Assembly: GCA_963828125.1 (NCBI GenBank)
Contig: CAWHDP010000002.1
Span: forward strand, 1,472,001 to 1,536,000
Length of the DNA stretch: 64,000 nt
Origin: an uncultured Chlamydiae bacterium
GTDB taxonomy: Bacteria; Chlamydiota; Chlamydiia; Chlamydiales; SM23-39
Direction: 5' to 3'
In this document: piece after piece, positions 20,021-29,104 of the stretch
Position numbering within the stretch: the stretch's first letter is position 1
Layout of the letters: each line of letters starts with the position of its first letter
Translations under genes and position numbers: made by a program
Notes under the pieces: model-generated
What the model was told of the DNA's origin: nothing
The model's database searches: none
The model's input: the letters and a program-made list of their open reading frames with translations, nothing else

Positions 20021-21339
20021 GCGTTTATCATCTCTTTTTCATGTAGCAGCGCTGTAACCCGTTTACGGCCAGTTAGCAAATCTTGCATGAGGGCGGTTTT
20101 GAGGGCGCGGAGCTTATAATGGGAAGTTTTAAGTTCATGCATACTGCTGTTGATCTTTTTTATGATTGATTTGATACGAGATTGTTCTGCAATAGGTGGT
20201 TTTGGAAAGATGAGTTGTTTAATGATGGATGCACTAATTTTGACCATACTCTCAGACGTACCTGTCGCTGCATTCTTAATTTGTTGACGAATGATGGAAG
20301 AACTAAACAATTGCTCCATGTATTCTGGAATGACAGTTGGACAGAATTGCAGGCGCATAATTAAATCTGGGTATATGCATAGTTCGCCTATATCTTTAAA
20401 AATTCCAACTAAGCCCACTAATTCGCGAGTGTTAGCACGGCTGATTAGAAAATCACCGTCCGCTAAGCGTGCTGTCTCTATCCGCATATCTTCATAGGGT
20501 GCATATTTGAGCTGTTTTGGTTGGAAACCTTCGGGGGTCAGACAACCGAGTCCTAGCATATAAATGCCGTTCCAATCTGGCGATTCAATAGGTGAGTAGC
20601 CGTTCTTTGGGTTGCATTTTAAAACAGTCTTAATAGAAATGACCTCCCACTCAACCGGTATCTTGCCTAATAGCGAGTCTTTGAACTGATGGGTCTTTTC
20701 GGAGCGGAGGTTGCCCTGTTCGTCTACGCCACGCGTCAGCAGGTCGTACATCAGACCAGACTTGATAGATTGTTGCTTTGCGATCAAAGCTTCGGTTTGC
20801 TCGATGGCTCGATCGATCATCGAGAGGATGTGCGCAATTTTGCGCTGCTCAGTTAATGAACGAGGTAAATCTACAATTAACCCTCTAATAAAGTTGGATT
20901 TTAGGCCAGGTTGGGCTGACCCCGAAATTTGAGATCGAATCTGATATTGTCCTGGCTGAGAAAGCAAAGAATAGTAAAGATACTTTTGTATAATGCGATT
21001 TTTTTGGCCTCTGAGTAGGAATAGATGCTCATTGATACATGCGGGGCTTAAGTCAACTTCGTAGCAGCCCACCTTCCCGGTTTGTGCACCGTCTTTATTG
21101 ATAAGCACATCATCTTTCTCCAAGTGTCCTTTTGACATTCGCTTATAAAATTCACTGGGTATCAATTTTACGTCATTGAGTTTGACCCTGCCAGATAATG
21201 TCAGATTTTCGCCTCCAAGGCTAGGAATGTCACCGGTTTCCGTCGAGACTCCTCCTTTTGGGCGTGCTCCGCTTTGTATTGCCGCAATCAGCTGATCTAG
21301 AGAACTTCTATCCCACCCGTCAAGTACAATCGTCATCAT
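20017..21339 (-). CDS. hsdS: Type I R-M specificity subunit S
   Basis: Two TRDs, each followed by conserved EQ.KI...LM.DLLTG segments. Confidence 0.93.
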   Translation of the reverse strand: MMTIVLDGWDRSSLDQLIAAIQSGARPKGGVSTETGDIPSLGGENLTLSGRVKLNDVKLIPSEFYKRMSKGHLEKDDVLINKDGAQTGKVGCYEVDLSPACINEHLFLLRGQKNRIIQKYLYYSLLSQPGQYQIRSQISGSAQPGLKSNFIRGLIVDLPRSLTEQRKIAHILSMIDRAIEQTEALIAKQQSIKSGLMYDLLTRGVDEQGNLRSEKTHQFKDSLLGKIPVEWEVISIKTVLKCNPKNGYSPIESPDWNGIYMLGLGCLTPEGFQPKQLKYAPYEDMRIETARLADGDFLISRANTRELVGLVGIFKDIGELCIYPDLIMRLQFCPTVIPEYMEQLFSSSIIRQQIKNAATGTSESMVKISASIIKQLIFPKPPIAEQSRIKSIIKKINSSMHELKTSHYKLRALKTALMQDLLTGRKRVTALLHEKEMINA

Positions 21340-24011
21340 TGCATATACCCCAAACCAGCGAGCAGTCCACTGAGCTCTTGTAACGACTCATTACGTGCAG
21401 TCTCCAGATCGCAAAACGGAACAGCATACTTATCCCATAAACGTTCTATGCTCCGAATGAGCGCTCGCTTTTCAGCATTGAGGTAGCGATTCAGCTCACT
21501 TTTGGCGACATCGTACAGCTTTTGAAGGATGAGTTGATGAGCTTCTGTTTCCATTAACTGTCCTCCTACTGATTCGATTAGCTTATCCGTGTTGGCGATC
21601 CGATTTTCTAATACTTCTTTGTCTTTATTTAGAGCGGCGATTTTCTTTTCTTCCTCTTTGACCGTCTCATCCAACTCAGCAACTTTAGCGTTGATCTGTT
21701 GGAGCTGCTGCTGGCTTTCCATTTTGAAGCTGTCGCCGCCGACTCGTTTGAGTTGGAGCTTGTGTTCCAGCTTCTCTGAGAGAAGAACCTGTTCTGCCTT
21801 TGTATCTTTAATACGCTTTTCAATGCGTTTAATGAGATTGTCTTGCTGTTTCAATGCTGATAACTCATTCTGAGCAGATTGGCCGGAACTTCCCATAAGA
21901 TCATCGATCAGCGTCTTAAGAGCCTTCTTTATTACAGATGCAGTAACCTTTTCCTCTTCGTCAGGCTCATAACTGGTTACTTCTTGGGCAGTTTCAACCG
22001 CTTCCGTCAATTCGCTCTGGGCTTCTTCGATTTGTGCGTTCAAAGCATCAATCATCTCTGCATCAGCTTTGAAGAATGCTGAAATCAAGTAGTCATCAGG
22101 TATTAAACTGTGATGCCAGCCGGTAGAAACGATAGTCTTGAGGTCGTAACGAATCTGCTGCCACCAGTTGACGAACACCCCCGCACTTTTAAACTCATCC
22201 AATACTTTAAGAGGTATCAGCTTTGCCTTTAATGTTGAGAGTAGCTCATGCCGCACTTCGGGCATCTTTTTTCCATTACGAAGCTGAGAAAAGTCATCCC
22301 GGGCAATCTTCCACCACGATTCGAGTGCTTCGTGATGTGCTGCGAGTGTCCTTTGTAATGACTTGGTGGCTTCCAAAGACACTTTGATTGCGCTTTTATT
22401 AGTGATCTCTGAAGAAAAGACAAAATATCCGGAACGTTCTGGCTGAAAGAAATCAGTAATATCCACACCAAACCGCCCGAGGTTGGCTCTTTGAGCTTCG
22501 ACTTCGCTTTCCGGAATACCTCCAATCAAGTGGGCTTGCACATCTTCGGGTTCAGGATCGGGAGTGTTATCGACATAGCGGCGGATATTGAGGTTGTAGT
22601 CGTGAGCCTCGACAATCTCGGATCGATCGACGAGACGCGAGTACTTAGAGATCTCGCGCTTATTGGTGAAGGTGAAAGCGATTTTTTCGATATCTTCGGG
22701 GCGCAGCTTGTTTTGCGCCTTGCCTTCTCCATATTCTCTATCGGCGTTGATGAAGAGGATTTTGTTCTTCAGGCTTTCCGGTTTGCTCTTGTTGGCCACG
22801 ATCACGCAAGCAGGAATCCCAGTACCGTAAAAGAGCCCAGGGGGTAAGCTGATGATTGCCTCAATTACATCGTCGTTAATGAGGATTTCGCGGATGAGCT
22901 TTTCCTTACCGCCGCGAAAGAGCACCCCGTGCGGCATAACCGTTGCCATGTGTCCGTTGTTCTTAAGGCTGGCGAGCATATGCTGCACAAACATTAGATC
23001 TGCCTTTTTTCCAGTTTCTGGACACCATTCACGAAAGCGGTCGGGGAATTTAAGAGTGGCACGGCTATAGTTCTGCGAAAAGGGAGGATTAGCCAGAACC
23101 CGATCAAACTTGCGGATACGGCCATTTTCAAAAATCTGTGGATCTTCTAGCGTATCCCCATTTTCGATGGTGAATCTAGTGACATTGTGGAGGATCATGT
23201 TCATGTTACAGATCGACCAGACAGTACCATTGGAATCTTGCCCATAGAGAGCGAGATCATTGGGGTTTTGTCCCTGCTCTTCAACATATTGATGAGCCTG
23301 AATTAAGAATCCTCCAGAACCAACAGTTGGATCGTAGATTGTATTCCCTTCCTGCGGCTTAGTGATCTGCACGAGTAGACGAACAACTTCTCCAGGGGTA
23401 TAGAACTCGCCACCTTTCTTGCCTGCGCTGTCAGCGAAATATTTGATCAGATATTCATAGGCTGCACCCAGCAGATCGGGAAATTCAAAATTATCGTTAA
23501 TCAGAATAAAGTCAGGCTGACTAAAGTGATCAAGCAGATCTTTCCATTTTTGGTCTGGAATCTTGGTCTTGCCTTTCATTGCATTGAAATCGATGTTATT
23601 TTTGAGTACTCCTTGAAGGGAGTCGTTGGCATCTTCGAGAGCGGCAATCGCTTTGTTGAGCATGCTGCCAATGTCATGCTTTAGATCCTTGAGAGCCGGT
23701 ACATGCTGACCGTTTTCATCGATCCAACTCTCATTCCAGCGTGCGCGCGGAGGCACAAAGTAGGTGTCTCCGTAGGAGGTGGGCTCTTCGCGGAGGGACA
23801 TGAGCTTCGTGGGTTCGCTGGCATAGTGAGCGAAATCGTAGTGTGTTAGTTTCTTGCTCTTATGATCGAATTCATCGGACAACCGTTTAATGAATAACAG
23901 ACCAAAGATGAATTCCTTAAATTCAGAAGCGTCCATTTTGCCGCGTAGGATGTCAGCAGCTTTAAGAAGGAATGATTCCAGCTGGGAGATCGTGATTTTC
24001 TTTTTTGTCAT
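21336..24011 (-). CDS. hsdM: Type I R-M N6-adenine methyltransferase subunit M with a long C-terminal coiled-coil extension
   Basis: [28 protein letters not shown]; about 390 extra C-terminal aa. Confidence 0.95.
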   Translation of the reverse strand: MTKKKITISQLESFLLKAADILRGKMDASEFKEFIFGLLFIKRLSDEFDHKSKKLTHYDFAHYASEPTKLMSLREEPTSYGDTYFVPPRARWNESWIDENGQHVPALKDLKHDIGSMLNKAIAALEDANDSLQGVLKNNIDFNAMKGKTKIPDQKWKDLLDHFSQPDFILINDNFEFPDLLGAAYEYLIKYFADSAGKKGGEFYTPGEVVRLLVQITKPQEGNTIYDPTVGSGGFLIQAHQYVEEQGQNPNDLALYGQDSNGTVWSICNMNMILHNVTRFTIENGDTLEDPQIFENGRIRKFDRVLANPPFSQNYSRATLKFPDRFREWCPETGKKADLMFVQHMLASLKNNGHMATVMPHGVLFRGGKEKLIREILINDDVIEAIISLPPGLFYGTGIPACVIVANKSKPESLKNKILFINADREYGEGKAQNKLRPEDIEKIAFTFTNKREISKYSRLVDRSEIVEAHDYNLNIRRYVDNTPDPEPEDVQAHLIGGIPESEVEAQRANLGRFGVDITDFFQPERSGYFVFSSEITNKSAIKVSLEATKSLQRTLAAHHEALESWWKIARDDFSQLRNGKKMPEVRHELLSTLKAKLIPLKVLDEFKSAGVFVNWWQQIRYDLKTIVSTGWHHSLIPDDYLISAFFKADAEMIDALNAQIEEAQSELTEAVETAQEVTSYEPDEEEKVTASVIKKALKTLIDDLMGSSGQSAQNELSALKQQDNLIKRIEKRIKDTKAEQVLLSEKLEHKLQLKRVGGDSFKMESQQQLQQINAKVAELDETVKEEEKKIAALNKDKEVLENRIANTDKLIESVGGQLMETEAHQLILQKLYDVAKSELNRYLNAEKRALIRSIERLWDKYAVPFCDLETARNESLQELSGLLAGLGYMQ

Positions 24012-24015
24012 GGAT

Positions 24016-24231
24016 TCATACCTTTAATTCCGTATCAGTTGCTGAAGTGGCCATTGATTCTGAAGCGCCGCCGATCTTGACCCATTCATCTACTTCGTGC
24101 TTTTTGAGCTTCCATAAACGCCCTATCCGATGGGCAGGCAGGCGCTTTTCCCTTATCCATTTGTAGACTGTGTCATCTTTCACGCCGAGGTGAACTGCGA
24201 TTTCACTCACTGAAAACCAACGGTCGTCCAT
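24016..24231 (-). CDS. Excisionase-family (HTH_17) DNA-binding protein heading the hsd operon
   Basis: [23 protein letters not shown]...[10 protein letters not shown]...EVDEWV; ATG at 24231. Confidence 0.85.
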   Translation of the reverse strand: MDDRWFSVSEIAVHLGVKDDTVYKWIREKRLPAHRIGRLWKLKKHEVDEWVKIGGASESMATSATDTELKV

Positions 24232-24290
24232 TGTCTGCCTCTGTATCATCAATATTCGTAGTTGTAGTTTGTTAAGGGAGCATATCATAT

Positions 24291-24350
24291 CCGGATATAA
24301 CAGGAAAGACAAGGATAAACCAGGCAAGACAAGGCAGGCACGCGACAGAC
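24291..24350. promoter_or_regulatory. 10-bp periodic direct repeats upstream of the Xis-like gene (candidate operator)
   Basis: ccggatataa-caggaaagac-aaggataaac-caggcaagac-aaggcaggca. Confidence 0.5.
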
Positions 24351-24507
24351 AATCCTATTTTCCGACTTATTCAGACAACAATAAATTATTGTTAGCAATA
24401 GATCTGATTTTAATTTAAAGTAAATATTAAACTAAACTATTATTTAAACTGTTTTAACAAACTCTCAAATTGATATCATGTACAACGAAACCAACGGATA
24501 AATTACT

Positions 24508-25269
24508 TTGAGTCTTAAATACAGCCCCCAACGTGTTAGAAATTTATTTATTTCAAACGCTGAAAAATCTTTCAAATTAAGCCGTTCGAAAATTCAGAAC
24601 TTTCTCGACTGCCCTCGATGCTTCTACCTAGATCGCAAGTGCGGGGTTGGCCAACCCGGTTCTTTGCCCTTCACATTGAATACTGCTGTGGATCAGCTTC
24701 TCAAAAAAGAATTCGATCAATACCGAGAAAAGAGAGAGCCCCACCCCCTGATAATTGAGCATGAGATCGATGCAATTCCTTTTGCCCATCCTGAGCTTGA
24801 GGAATGGAGACAAAACTTTATGGGCATCCAAACACTTCATCAGCCAACTAATTTCATCATCACGGGAGCCATTGATGATCTGTGGATCAATTCAAATGGC
24901 GAACTGATCGTTGTGGATTACAAGGCAACCAGTACCACCAAGGAAATCTCCCTCGATGAGGAATACCGCCAATCTTATAAGAACCAAATGGAACTATATC
25001 AGTGGCTGTTACGGCAGAGGGGATTCAAAGTTTCACAAACTGGATACTTCGTCTACTGCAACGGAGATTCATCCAAAGAGAATTTCGGGAGGAAACTTGA
25101 ATTTTCAATTTCTGTTATTCCCTATACAGGCAATGACTCCTGGGTAGAATCAACTCTGCTTGAGATTCGAGCGTGTCTTGAAAAGACTGAATGCCCTGAG
25201 CAAAAGAAATCCTGTGATTTCTGCAATTACCGCACAGCTGTCAGAAAGTACCTGCAAGATCAAGATTAG
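24508..25269 (+). CDS. PD-(D/E)XK nuclease (RecB/Cas4-like, probable Fe-S cysteines)
   Basis: LSRSKI..FLDCPRCF, GAIDD...VVDYK, QMELY, C-terminal C....CDFC. Confidence 0.85.
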   Translation: MSLKYSPQRVRNLFISNAEKSFKLSRSKIQNFLDCPRCFYLDRKCGVGQPGSLPFTLNTAVDQLLKKEFDQYREKREPHPLIIEHEIDAIPFAHPELEEWRQNFMGIQTLHQPTNFIITGAIDDLWINSNGELIVVDYKATSTTKEISLDEEYRQSYKNQMELYQWLLRQRGFKVSQTGYFVYCNGDSSKENFGRKLEFSISVIPYTGNDSWVESTLLEIRACLEKTECPEQKKSCDFCNYRTAVRKYLQDQD

Positions 25270-25360
25270 CCGCCCGCTGCGTTTATGTAATTTTTGGGTT
25301 GCCGGAGCTGGCAAGCCAATCTGTTTACCGGAGCCGGTAAGATGATCTTGGAAGTCGCAA

Positions 25361-25585
25361 CTAGTCAAAAAACACCTTGTACCCTCCTTTGGGAATTTCT
25401 TCGCCAATATCGCCTCTTCCGTTATCCGGCAAAGCCACCACAAAGTCAGCATCTACCTCAAGTGCAGAAACTTCATCATGCGACATCTCTGGGCTGTATA
25501 TGACTAGAGCATAAGATGATTTCTTTTTGCCGACATTACAGCTCTTCTCCAGCTGCTCTACTCGCTTTCTATTCATAGTTTTCAT
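25361..25585 (-). CDS. Small hypothetical protein (phage/integrative-element type)
   Basis: ATGA-coupled to the upstream DUF5681-like gene; AGGAG RBS. Confidence 0.55.
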   Translation of the reverse strand: MKTMNRKRVEQLEKSCNVGKKKSSYALVIYSPEMSHDEVSALEVDADFVVALPDNGRGDIGEEIPKGGYKVFFD

Positions 25586-26055
25586 GTTTTACTCCTAGTG
25601 TTGAGGGTTTCTTCCACGTTTTTCAGTCTTGCCTCGAATTGGCAAGCCTCTAACGCTTTTGAGTAGCTTTCTACCGTTCTGGCGAGCAATTCTCCCTCTG
25701 AGGGGCTGATTTCGCCTTTTCCTACTGCATGAACAATGAATCCAATTGCATTGAACACATCTTCGAATGTCTCCATTGGAGGAAGGTCGATTTCAATGCA
25801 TCGATCTTTTCTCGGTGGCAAAAATCTCTCCAAGATCATTTTTGCAGCCTGCATGTTGCCATTTAAGGCTTCTTCTTCGACTTTTTTGCAGATTTTTTCT
25901 AAGGAACCTTCCAGAAGAGCTTCTGCTGCTAGCGTGGATTTATTTCGAGCGCCCTTTGGCTTGCCGTTGGGATTACCTGAACACCCCTTTTTGTATCTCC
26001 CTCTCGCCTGTATTTTTCCTGAATTTTCAGGAGATTCACTTTCCATTTTCACCAT
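25582..26055 (-). CDS. DUF5681 / small-terminase-like protein
   Basis: GRYKKGCSGNPNGKPKGARNK signature. Confidence 0.75.
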   Translation of the reverse strand: MVKMESESPENSGKIQARGRYKKGCSGNPNGKPKGARNKSTLAAEALLEGSLEKICKKVEEEALNGNMQAAKMILERFLPPRKDRCIEIDLPPMETFEDVFNAIGFIVHAVGKGEISPSEGELLARTVESYSKALEACQFEARLKNVEETLNTRSKT

Positions 26056-26062
26056 GCCTTTC

Positions 26063-26459
26063 CTAATTTTGGCGATACTGCTCATAACAATCGGCGAGCA
26101 TCCCTCGAAAATTTTCTGGGGGCAATTTGAATGAGTAGTCTTTGCCAGATAGAGGATGAGTGCAGTAAGATTGGGTTATTTTGATGTCGTTCCAGTTATT
26201 CCTTTTCGCAAAATTCTCCGTAAAAAGTCGATTCTCATTGATGTTGCTGTTCTGCATAGAATAATTTTCTTTCAAGGCAACCTCCATCCAGGCTTCAGGT
26301 TTTGTAATTCCGTCGATCCCTTTTAGCAACAACGAAAGATGATCTGTTATGCGCTCTGATTCATACATGCGAATCCATCTCCGCAAGGCGCGCTCTGAAA
26401 TCCGGAGATCTTTATCCTGGCAGTATGCAAACAGTCCCTGAAGATCACTTTTCTGTTTG
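26063..26459 (-). pseudogene. 3' remnant of a phage/plasmid-type gene, cut by ISL3
   Basis: Reading frame begins at the ISL3 terminus; the ORF-track start (26539) lies inside ISL3 DNA. Confidence 0.5.
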
Positions 26460-26608
26460 GGTTCATCCGACAAATGCGTACCTGGACTCGTGTAGGTGAT
26501 AAAGTCGCAATTTAAAATATTCAATATCTCGAAACCCATAAGCCTGCCTTTTCATTGTCTTGATTTTGTTGTTTATGCCTTCTGCTGCGGCGTTCGAGAT
26601 TCGATGTT
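26460..26608 (-). mobile_element. ISL3-family right-end remnant (transposase C-terminus + IRR)
   Basis: Minus-strand translation NAAAEGINNKIKTMKRQAYGFRDIEYFKLRLYHLHESRYAFVG*; GGTTC terminus at 26460. Confidence 0.85.
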
Positions 26609-27984
26609 GGTAGTGTAACATCGTTTCTGTAAATTCAGACTAGGATTTTGGCCGGGTCGAAAAACCCTGGTGGAAAATGGTCTGAGATCCCATTCTTCTT
26701 TTCTAACTCGTTTCAAAAATTGAAAGGAAGGAATGTTATGATCTCAGACCAGTTAAAGGATACCTTAGTGGACCAAATTGTGAAAGGACTCATTGGCCAA
26801 GGCATGGAGGGGTTGAAGCCCGTCTTAGAGTTACTGTTCAATGGAACGATGAAAATGGAAAGGGAACAGTTCCTCGGTGCTGGTTCCCATGAGAGAACAG
26901 AGGGCAGGAAGGGGTACGCCAATGGGTATAAGCCAAAAGAGTTGCAAACCAGGTTGGGAGCCCTGGATCTACAGATCCCTCAGGTAAGAGGCCTTGGGTT
27001 TTATCCCCAGAGTCTGGAGAAGGGCACTCGTTCAGAAAAAGCCCTAAAGTTGGCAATAGCCCAGATGTATTTAGAAGGGGTCTCGACTAGGAGGGTGCAG
27101 GATATTACCGAGAAGCTGTGCGGCCTCGAGATAAGTTCAACCCAGGTCTCGAGGCTGACTCAAGAGCTGGATGGGCAGTTTGAGCTGTTTAGGAATAGAC
27201 CGATAGGAGAGGTGAGCTATCTGGTCATTGATGCAATCTACCTCAAGGTGCGGCACAATGGGTCTGTAATCGACATGGCGATCCTTCTGGGCTATGGAAT
27301 TACTCCGGAAGGGAAACGAGAAATCCTAGGAGCCTCCGCGAGCCTCTCGGAGGCTGAGGTTCACTGGAGGGAGTTTTTTAAGCACCTTCAGTCTCGGGGG
27401 ATGCGAGGACTCCGGTTAATCATTAGCGATGATCATGCCGGAATGAAAAGTGCGAGGAAGGCAATGTTCCCATCAGTGCCATGGCAGAGATGTCAGTTCC
27501 ACCTGGCGCAGAACGCCCAAAGCTATGCTCCTAAGAAATCGATGAGGGTAGAGATAGCAGAGGTAATGAGGGAGATTTTTAACAGTCCGACTGTTGAAAT
27601 GGCGCAAGAGATGAAACGCCGGGCCATAGAGAGATACCAGAAGCGTGCTCCTGAGTTTGCGAAATGGCTCGAGGAGAATGTCGATGAAGGGCTGACAGTT
27701 TATCAGTTTCCGAAGGAGCACTGGAAGCGGGTGAGGACCTCCAATGGTATGGAGCGGGTCAACAAGGAGATTAAGCGGCGGACGCGAGTGGCTGTCTTGT
27801 TCCCGAATCCGGAATCAGCGCTCCGGTTGGTGACAGGTGTAGTGATCGAAATCCATGAGGAGTGGGTGACGGGCAAACAGTATTTAGATATGAGTCCACT
27901 GTTAAATCAGGGACCGAGAAATGAATAACCTCGAGGGAGAAAAGAGGAAAAAAATGGAATTTACAGAAAAGTTGTTGCTTTGCC
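26609..27984 (+). mobile_element. IS256-family insertion sequence
   Basis: Imperfect 28-bp IRs GGTAGTGTAACATCGTTTCTGTAAATTC and GGCAAAGCAACAACTTTTCTGTAAATTC (reverse complement); no target duplication. Confidence 0.9.
26738..27928 (+). CDS. IS256 (mutator-type) DDE transposase
   Basis: GVSTRRV, IDAIYLKVR, SDDHAG, WQRCQFH, RTSNGMERVNKEIKRR. Confidence 0.96.
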   Translation: MISDQLKDTLVDQIVKGLIGQGMEGLKPVLELLFNGTMKMEREQFLGAGSHERTEGRKGYANGYKPKELQTRLGALDLQIPQVRGLGFYPQSLEKGTRSEKALKLAIAQMYLEGVSTRRVQDITEKLCGLEISSTQVSRLTQELDGQFELFRNRPIGEVSYLVIDAIYLKVRHNGSVIDMAILLGYGITPEGKREILGASASLSEAEVHWREFFKHLQSRGMRGLRLIISDDHAGMKSARKAMFPSVPWQRCQFHLAQNAQSYAPKKSMRVEIAEVMREIFNSPTVEMAQEMKRRAIERYQKRAPEFAKWLEENVDEGLTVYQFPKEHWKRVRTSNGMERVNKEIKRRTRVAVLFPNPESALRLVTGVVIEIHEEWVTGKQYLDMSPLLNQGPRNE

Positions 27985-28479
27985 ACAATGAAGAACGTTG
28001 TCATGCATTTTGATAGCCCCTGGTTAAATTATGAAATCATAGAAAATCAAGCCGTTGTTCATACCTCTAAAGGCAATTTTGCTTTTGATCAGTTGCTTCT
28101 GGCCACTGGATGGATCGCTGATCTATCCCTTCGAAACGAGTTAAAAGAGTTCAGTCATGAGATTGCTCTCTGGTCTGATCGTTTCATTCCCCCGTCTCAT
28201 CAACCTTACCATGCTCTTCTCAAAATGCCTTATTTGGGTCCTTATTTTGAATTTACCGAGAAAACGCCTGGACAAGCGCCCTATCTCAATTCGATCTTTA
28301 ATTGTACGGGAGGATCTTTGCTAAGCGCTGGTTTCAGCGCAGGAACAGGATTGACTGGCATGAAATATAGCATCCAAAAGTTAGTTTATGGTGTCGTCAG
28401 CCAGCTTTTTCAGGATGAAAAAGATTATTTTTATCATACTTTGGAAACCTACGATGAAGTGCTGTTTGAAAATGAATAA
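27985..28479 (+). pseudogene. C-terminal fragment of an FAD/NAD(P)-dependent oxidoreductase
   Basis: DQLLLATG, IALWSDRF, PYLG..FEFTEK; no N-terminal Rossmann fold; abuts the IS256 IRR. Confidence 0.7.
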
Positions 28480-28539
28480 CTACATCTTACTGCAAATGGG
28501 TTGTCGACGGTTAACGATTCAAATAGGAGAAATGATTCA

Positions 28540-29100
28540 ATGAAGTTTTTCTTCATAAGACACGGTGAGTCTCTATGGAATGCAAAAAATCTCTGTCAAG
28601 GTCAAAAAGATATTGAACTCAGCCCAAAGGGATTAAGCGAGGCAAAAGCTTTTGCAGCAAAATCTGCTCGTCTTCCTATTGGTTATATCTGTACTTCTCC
28701 GCTCAAACGAGCATTAAAAACTGCGCAGGTTATCAGAAAATACCATCCCCAAGCAGGGTTCACTTTAGTAGAAGAATTTTCTGAAAGAAATTGGGGTCAT
28801 CTTGAAGGAATTTCGAGTGAAACGATGTATGAAATTGAAAAACTGGAAGAGGCAAATCCAGATTTCAAAACTGATCCATCAATTGAATCTCGTCAGGATT
28901 TAAAGTCCCGAATCAAACAGGGACTAGAAATTGCTTTTCAACTTCATCCAGAACCTCTTATCGTTTCTCATGGCCGGCTTTTTTTGGGCCTTTGTGAATT
29001 ACTCAACATACCTATTATCAGGCAAATTAAGAATCTCAGCTTGATGGAAATTACAAAAACATCTAAGGGTTGGCACTCACAAGAGTTAAATTTGGGTTAA
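28540..29100 (+). CDS. Histidine phosphatase (phosphoglycerate mutase family)
   Basis: RHGES, SPLKRA, ERNWG, VSHG. Confidence 0.9.
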   Translation: MKFFFIRHGESLWNAKNLCQGQKDIELSPKGLSEAKAFAAKSARLPIGYICTSPLKRALKTAQVIRKYHPQAGFTLVEEFSERNWGHLEGISSETMYEIEKLEEANPDFKTDPSIESRQDLKSRIKQGLEIAFQLHPEPLIVSHGRLFLGLCELLNIPIIRQIKNLSLMEITKTSKGWHSQELNLG

Positions 29101-29104
29101 GATT

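Noticed and set aside
24508..25269. CRISPR-Cas locus
   Set aside because: The Cas4-like gene is alone; no cas1/cas2 and no repeat-spacer array seen in the window
26063..26539. 158-aa ORF as an intact gene
   Set aside because: Its first ~27 codons are out-of-frame ISL3 sequence
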